DNA from: Hyphochytrium catenoides
Taxonomy: Eukaryota; Protista; Hyphochytriomycota
DNA: 64,000 bases
Direction of reading: 5' to 3'
Assembly: GCA_900088475.1 (NCBI GenBank)
Contig: FLMG01002232.1
Coordinates: forward strand, 1-64,000
Shown here: one piece after another, positions 57,264 to 64,000 of the stretch
Numbering within the stretch: the first letter of the stretch is position 1
How the letters are laid out: the number at the start of each line of letters is the position of its first letter
Made by a program: the position numbers and the translations under genes
The notes under the pieces: model-generated
What the model was told of the DNA's origin: nothing
The model's database searches: none
The model's input: the letters and a program-made list of their open reading frames with translations, nothing else

Positions 57264-60200
57264 ATGTCTGACAAGAAGAAGTTTGTCATTAGGCCGTTTC
57301 GGCCGAACATCAGCATGGACGAGGCTAAGGCCAAAGGCATCTTAGATTCACTGCGCACAGCCATAGACGCCATACATAGCATGAATGCTTCCCAGTTGAG
57401 TTTTGAGGAGTTATACAGGTACAGTCGAGTACTCTGCAGATGCCATGCATAGTTCCCTTCCAGCGACGACCGTTTGCATGTGCCATACGTACCTTTTACA
57501 CATGCGTACCTTTCACTTGCACTTCGGATATTATGCCTAGGATGGGATGTCTTTAGTCATCTTCTCTGGGCTCTAGGACCTGAATTGATCGGTCGTTTAG
57601 CAGCTTTTGACTTGGCATGGCTGAGTTTTAGCTGGAACGTATCTTCTCTAGTCTTACTCCCTCTGAACACCCTCATGAGCATAGCTCGGCGGACTGGATT
57701 GCCCTCAAGATATCTGATGCCTAGACCCTACAACTCGACTCCCTCCTAAAATTTGCCTTCTTTTATCCTAGGTCGGCATATAACCTGGTGCTTCATAAGT
57801 ATGGGGACATGCTTTACACAGGCGTACAGAAGGCGATAGCCGACCACTTGGTAGAAACAGCCAAAGAAGTCTCAACAACGCCTGATGATTATCTGCTGAC
57901 TGTTCTCAACGCGAAGTGGAGCGATCATAAGGTCGTAATGGTAATGATAAAGGACATTATGATGTACATGGTGAGGAACACAACGACACCCTTCTCTTTC
58001 ACGTCAATCACTTTCTTCTACCTCTTGTTGTTCTAGCATAACGATGTCTTTTTGGCACTGCAAACCTCATACTGCTCAATGGCTTGTGTGAAAGCCAGAG
58101 ATAGCAACACATTTTAATATCTCTCACCATAGTGCTCTGTCGCGTCTTTGATCTAGTAAACTTTGCCCTTTTGGGCAAGGTGGTGACCCTCTTATTTTTC
58201 TTCAACTTCATGCTTTCGTCTGTTCCAACATTCCTCTCCTTAGTAGTGTTGACTTGTTCGTCGGCGCCTCGTTGTTGAGGAGGTGACGGCGATGTTGAGG
58301 AGGCGCTAGTGTACATTTGCCTCAGAGGGTTTTGCTTAAAGGCTTTCTTCGAGCATTTTGCAAAGATGTTTTGAACTTCGGACACTGCTACTCTACCCTC
58401 TCTCTGTCGTCTACCTTAACTCGCACTTTTGTGGCTACGTAGGATCGAACTTACGTGGCGCAGAACCGAAAGGTTCCCGTTTACGATCTTGGTCTTCAGC
58501 TCTTTAGAGAAAAGATAGTACGACATGAACAAGTACAGGACAGGCTTCAAAATCTTCTCCTAGACATTGTGGAAAGGTAAAGGTTCCGTAGTGGCAGAGT
58601 TGAGTGTAGTCTATTAGAGACTGACACCGTGAGGGTTAGACGTCTGAAAGGCATTGGACAGGAAACTCATTGTACGTAGGCAAGGCGTAAAGACAGCAAG
58701 ATGTAGGAAGTGGGTGCTAGAATGATGGAAGGTTTCAGGGAACATGAGGATGATGCAAACCTTCTACGAAGGGAATAAAACTGACTGGTGGTCTCTGTAT
58801 CTGACCAGAGAGCGGCGAGGAGAGCTAATTGACCGCGTTTTGATGAAGAACACGCTGTCTATGCTTGTGGACCTAGGAGTGCACTCGACCCAGCTTTATG
58901 AAGAGCTGTTTGAGCAGCACTTACTTAGGATTACTGAACAGTTCTACCGGGCAGAAAGCCAGCAGTATCTTGACAAAAACTCGTGTTCAGATTACTTAAG
59001 AAAGGTAAGGACGAGCTCTCAGAATGTCGCCTGCCACTTTCTCTTTTCATCCCATCAGCCCATTCAGTGCTCTTTCACTGTTCTTGATGTCTTGCCTCAA
59101 TTCTCCATTTCCAAGGCTCCCAAGAATCTCGATTTTCCGCCATTATCATCTTCTCGCCCTGCATCTTTGTTTATTCGTAAGGGGAACGCGGCCATACAAT
59201 TTAGTGGTATTGCTGTCTGGTAGCTTCTTACCTTCTAACGTTCTGTTTGGCGGCACTCTCTTAAGCTAGATTTGTGCTTGCGTTGACCTCCCACATCCTC
59301 TATCTTCTCTCGATGGTTAGCGCTGTTCTTTGTATGGGGTCACTCTTTTACACTCTTTTCATCGTCTTACTTTCAATGTAGACTGAGGAGCGGCTGCAAG
59401 AGGAAGCCAATCGTGTGACCCATTATCTGCATCCCTCTACCGAGCCGCACCTAAAGAAAACGGTGGAAACAGAGCTCATACAGAAGCACGCTAAGTCCCT
59501 CGTAGAGGTATGGCCTTCTTTGGTTGCCACCGGCTAGCAGGCTGCACTCTCCTAGTTCCGATGGCCTCCTTAATATGCCAAACTTTTTTCGGCGCTATTC
59601 TGTGCCCTTTCCTGATCCTGTCTTACCTTCGAAGCCGCGGTATTGATAGTTACTCCGCGTTACAGATGGATGGCTCTGGTGCAGTGACTCTATTTAGGGA
59701 CGACAAGATTGATGGTAACACCTGCATCATATCTTGCCATTCTTTTTCTTCCACTGATCTATGTGCTGTTCCTTTTAGACCTGAAGCGGATGTACTCTCT
59801 ATTTTGTCGAGTACCGTCCACCCTCCAGGACCTCAAAGCTTCGATGCAGGACTATATTAAGAGATTAGGAGAGGAGCTAGTAAGACGGCAGGAGGAGGTC
59901 AAGGAGACCGTTTCTTTTGTTCAAGGCCTGCTGAATCTTAGGGATAAGTTTGAGAGAATTGTCTCTGACGCATTTTCGGGGGACAAGCAGTTTCATCGTG
60001 GGCTGAAAGAGGTAAAGCAAAGGCGGAACGGTTGAGGTGTTAAGAGCTCCGTCTACTCCGTTGTTTTTCTCTTGTGGCTTTACCTCGTTTTCACTTGAGC
60101 ATGAGTTCTTCCCTGCTCTCTTGTAAAGGCTGACTTGCGCGATCTTGGCTCTTTTTCTGACACTTCTTTATGGGTCCATTCTCTGCCGTCATCATTACAT

Positions 60201-62630
60201 TAGGCTTTCGAGAGTTTTATAAATCTTGATTCACGATGCGCGTCGTATCTGGCATCCTACGTTGACGAGTTGCTGAGGAACGGACTTAAAGGGAAGAGTG
60301 AGGAGGAATGTGATCAGCTACTGGATAAGGTTGTTGTACTATTCAGATACCTACAGGTACAGGCCATTCCGTCGTATCATTGTTCCTCGCATGGCCCGCG
60401 AAGGATTGATCCTCACGAGAGCTAATGTATGATAAACCTCCTCGCGTCCCGCTTATAGGACAAAGATATTTTTGAGAGCTATTACAAGCAGCATCTCTCC
60501 AAACGCCTTCTGTCGGACAGAAGTGGCTCAGATGAGATGGAGAGGAACATGATTGCAAAGCTCAAGGTTAGGACCGAGAGCTGTCAATCGTCTCGCGGAT
60601 CCCCTATCACGCAAGCTTTGCATCTCTCTGACAACACCTCTCTCTGCCTGTTCAACATAGACGGAATGCGGTTATCAGTTCACGTCAAAGCTTGAGGGAA
60701 TGTTCTCCGATATGAAGGTGTCTAAAGACTCTATGGATGAGTTCAGAAGGATCAACGGGGTGAGTCTGACAGCAGTCGCTCATTCCTTATTCGACTGACT
60801 TGGCTGACTCTCTCCGCCGGTTGAGCTTCCTTTCCTTCTTGGCTAGAAAGCTGCACGCTCCGTTCGGCCCTTCATCGCTCTATTCATCCGCTTTTGTCTG
60901 TTTGGAGCGCCTTGATGATGGCATTGGAAGTACCTTGCCCTCTTGAAATTAGTACTTCATCTCTTCCTCCCGTTTTCCTTTATGGTACACTCTCTTAGTT
61001 TCTCGCTTTCGGTATCTCTATCTCCTTTCTTTTCTCTCTTCTGCTCTTCTCATCTCTCTCTCTCGCTCTTCCACACTCTCTGATACACAATGTTCCCAAT
61101 CGCTGCATTGGCTCAACAGAAAAGCGTGGGCGGAATCGAGTTTTCTGTGAATGTCCTCACGTGCGGGTCTTGGCCAATTCCAATGGTGCCCAAATGCGTC
61201 CTACCGCCGCAGCTGGTGCAGTGTTGTGAGACCTTCCAGCGGTACTACTTTGCCAAGCACACAGGCAGAAAGCTCACGTGGCATACAAACGTGGTATGTG
61301 CAGAAGCACGAGCAGCTACTCTGTAATGTCGAACGATAGAGAAAAAGGAAAGCTAGCAGCGTCCACCCGTGGACCTAGAAAAGCAACAATTGAGAGGAGA
61401 GAGTGGGAGTGAGAGACACACAAGTTGGTCTTGGCCAACCCTATAATTCTTCCTCGGCTGTATACCGTCCTTTCAACCATCACCCACTAACATGCTGAGA
61501 CCCCTTTTCGCACTATCTAGGGTACTGCAGATCTTCGGGCGGTCTTTGACCGGAAGTACGAGATGACTGTCACATCCTATCAGATGTGCATACTTCTTCT
61601 CTTCAATGACAAGCCAAAGCTGTCATACAAAGAAATAGCATCTGAGACGCAGATTGTGGAGGAAGACCTGAGGAGACATCTCCTTTCGCTTTGCACTCCC
61701 AAGGCCCGCATTCTTCTGAAAGAAAGCAAAGGGAAAAGCATAGAGACCGACGACGTCTTCACCATCAATGAAGGCTTCAAAAACAGAGTACAGCGTTTCA
61801 AGGTGAGCACCGTTCTAAAGAATTGTTTGAGCAAGCAAAGAACAATGGCAGAACGCATAGGAATGGATAACAGACAGACAAACGCCAATGGGATGAAAAG
61901 CAATCTAACACCTGAGAGAAGGAAGTACCACGGCAACCAGAGTAGCCATGAGCTAAGCACGGAACTGGAGCATTAGAGTGTTCTCAAGGTCCCGGAAACC
62001 TCATTTCTGAACTACTTCTCTGCCCAGGTACCCCTCATTTCTCATAAGGAGAGACTGCCCAACGTGGTCCCAGAGCCAGTCGAGGAGGATAGAAAGCATC
62101 AGATCGAGGCTGCTATTGTTCGTATCATGAAGACAAGAAAGACAGTCGAAGTAAGCAGGAATTGTTATCTACTCGATCTAGGTGGTTTGGATTGGGAAGC
62201 GGTTCGGCTCGCTCTATTCTTTAACTGCATCTTGCCTTAGAATGTACCAGTAGCTAGGTGATACGGGCTGTCATCGGTCCACATAAAACTCTGCGTATTG
62301 GCTGAGATAGATGACTGCCTCGTTGTCTGACAACTCTTCTTTTTCCTTGGCGCAGCATAACAATCTAATTGCGGAAGTGACCAAGCAGCTTCAGTCAAGA
62401 TTTGTACCCTCACCTCAGATTATCAAGAAAAGGATCGAGAGCTTGATCGAGCGCGAATACATTGAAAGAACAGAGACTGACAGGTAAAACCCGAGCAAAC
62501 CGTCTTCAGCGCTACTTCTCCGTCTCTTGATGATAGAGCTTTCACTTCTTTATTAGCGCTCCACTGATCGGTCCTTTGCCTGCGCATGCATCTCTCCCTG
62601 TGTAGGAGGATATACAACTATTTGGCATAG
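57264..62630 (+). CDS. CUL3: Cullin-3, multi-exon
   Basis: [24 protein letters not shown]|[16 protein letters not shown]|[79 protein letters not shown]. Confidence 0.96.
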
Positions 62631-62780
62631 GAAGGCAGCGTCGCGCTGGGCGTGGTGGTGCCCTTTCCCAGTTACTCCTCTTTCACTTTCTTTCTTCGCG
62701 TCACAGAGGAAGGGACATCCCATGAAGAATATGGAGAAGAGGAGTGGTCTTCCTTTCTTGGTTGAAAGTGCCTATTTATC

Positions 62781-64000
62781 TCACCTCCTTCGGTATCTTC
62801 TCCCGCTATCCCTGTCATTGCCATAGTAATAAGAACTTCTTCCTTTTCTTCCTCTATCTCGACTTCGACTAGGGCTCCTTGTCCGTCTTTCCTTCTCCCT
62901 CTCTCCACTCCGACTGTTGCTATACCTATCCCGCCTGCTGCGGCTCCTACTGCGACTTCTACGCGAAGAAGTCCTTTTTGAATTCGAAGAGGACCTTTCC
63001 TGCGACCTCTTCTTCTCTAATGTCCTCTCATCCCCATCATTGTCGACCTTCGCTGGCGTTCTAGTCTGCCTGGGTGACTCCTGACCCTCCTTTCCATTGC
63101 GGAGAGACTCTTCCGGTTTCTTTGGGCTAAGCTTCTTGCTCAAGCCGTTTACTTGGTCTCGCTCAGAGGGCTTTCCTATCTCTATATCTTTCACGACACT
63201 CTCTTCCATGGCCCTGCATAGCGATGGCGTTAACACTTAGACAGAGAGCGGGGATAGTAGAAGCATAGCTTGGGCTTGGTTTTCTGTGCAATAGATGAAG
63301 AAAGGAAGGGGCAGCCCTCAAGTCCCGAAAGACAGTTTGGCGAAAAGGGGAAAGGGTCTTAGGTAGGAAGAGAAGAGAGTCAGACCAATGCGAATAGAAC
63401 TGACAAATGCAGACATCTCGCAATAAGTAAGAGTCAAGGACGTTAGAGGATCTTCACCTCCTGTCGAACCGTCAAGATAACTTACTCTTCGGCCGGCCCT
63501 TCCTTGATAAACCTGCTAGCATCCTCGTTGTAGATCGCATTCGGCAACAGAGGATCCAGCCATTGCACCCGCTGCACCCTATACAACCGCAATAGTTGAC
63601 CAGAGACAGCCAGAATATCATCGAGAGAGGCATCGAAGATGCCCCACCAGGGCGGGTTATCAGGCAGTTTTACCCGCAAGAAGCGGCAGGAAAGAAAGAT
63701 TGCAGCGCATGCGATAACCTGCCCTGGGTAGCGCACGCAAAGGTCTAGGCGAAGGCTGTCATTGAGATAGTTCCACGCACTCTGCGCGACTTCTTGACTG
63801 AGATCCAAGGCCTTGATATAGTACAGAATAAACTTATGCGGATGGTGCATCATCTTGTACAGGCTGAAGCCTAAGTCAATCAGCATCTGCCGCTCCAGGA
63901 GAAAGAGATCGTCCTTCCATTGACAATACCTGTCTCCACCAATATCTAATGGGATGCGATACATTCGTCTTCTTTTCTGATAGATGTGGAAGAAGACGTT
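62781..64000 (-). CDS. CCNL1: Cyclin L with RS-rich C-terminus; 5' part lies outside the window
   Basis: ERQMLIDLGF, HPHKFILYY, AWNYLNDSLRLDLCVRY, IACAAIFL, LPDNPPWW; spliced last exon (63213-62781) contains RSRSRSRS repeats. Confidence 0.9.

Noticed and set aside
1-64000. CRISPR arrays, tRNA/rRNA genes, introner-type repeated introns
   Set aside because: No regularly spaced repeat-spacer array, no recognisable tRNA or rRNA, and the introns share no obvious sequence with each other by eye.

Overview
A gene-dense, intron-rich eukaryotic nuclear region. The EF-1alpha sequence and gene set suggest a flagellated protist, probably a stramenopile; this is an inference and the species cannot be named. 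Genes reconstructed by hand across GT-AG/GC-AG introns, in order: EF-1alpha (-), small SAM methyltransferase (-), guanine deaminase (-), an intronless 2.2 kaa ZNFX1-like helicase with NF-X1 fingers and an RZ finger (+), p24/TMED cargo receptor (-), EcKL/choline-kinase-like phosphotransferase (+), IFT70/TTC30 (+), MRI1 (+), SAM50 (-), a RelA/SpoT-type synthetase domain fused to about 17 TPRs (+), membrane-anchored pepsin-family protease (+), PMS2 (-), LOA1/VPS66-like acyltransferase (+), cullin-3 (+) and the 3' part of cyclin L (-). The strongest candidate for an undescribed system is the RelA/SpoT-TPR fusion: an alarmone-synthetase-like domain with no hydrolase, no NOD module and no plastid presequence, linked directly to a long ligand-binding repeat array, i.e. 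a possible one-protein sensor-effector. Also notable are the ZNFX1-like gene and a decayed, TpA-rich (RIP-like) putative retroelement remnant upstream of EF-1alpha. Exon boundaries were read by eye and no database searches were run.
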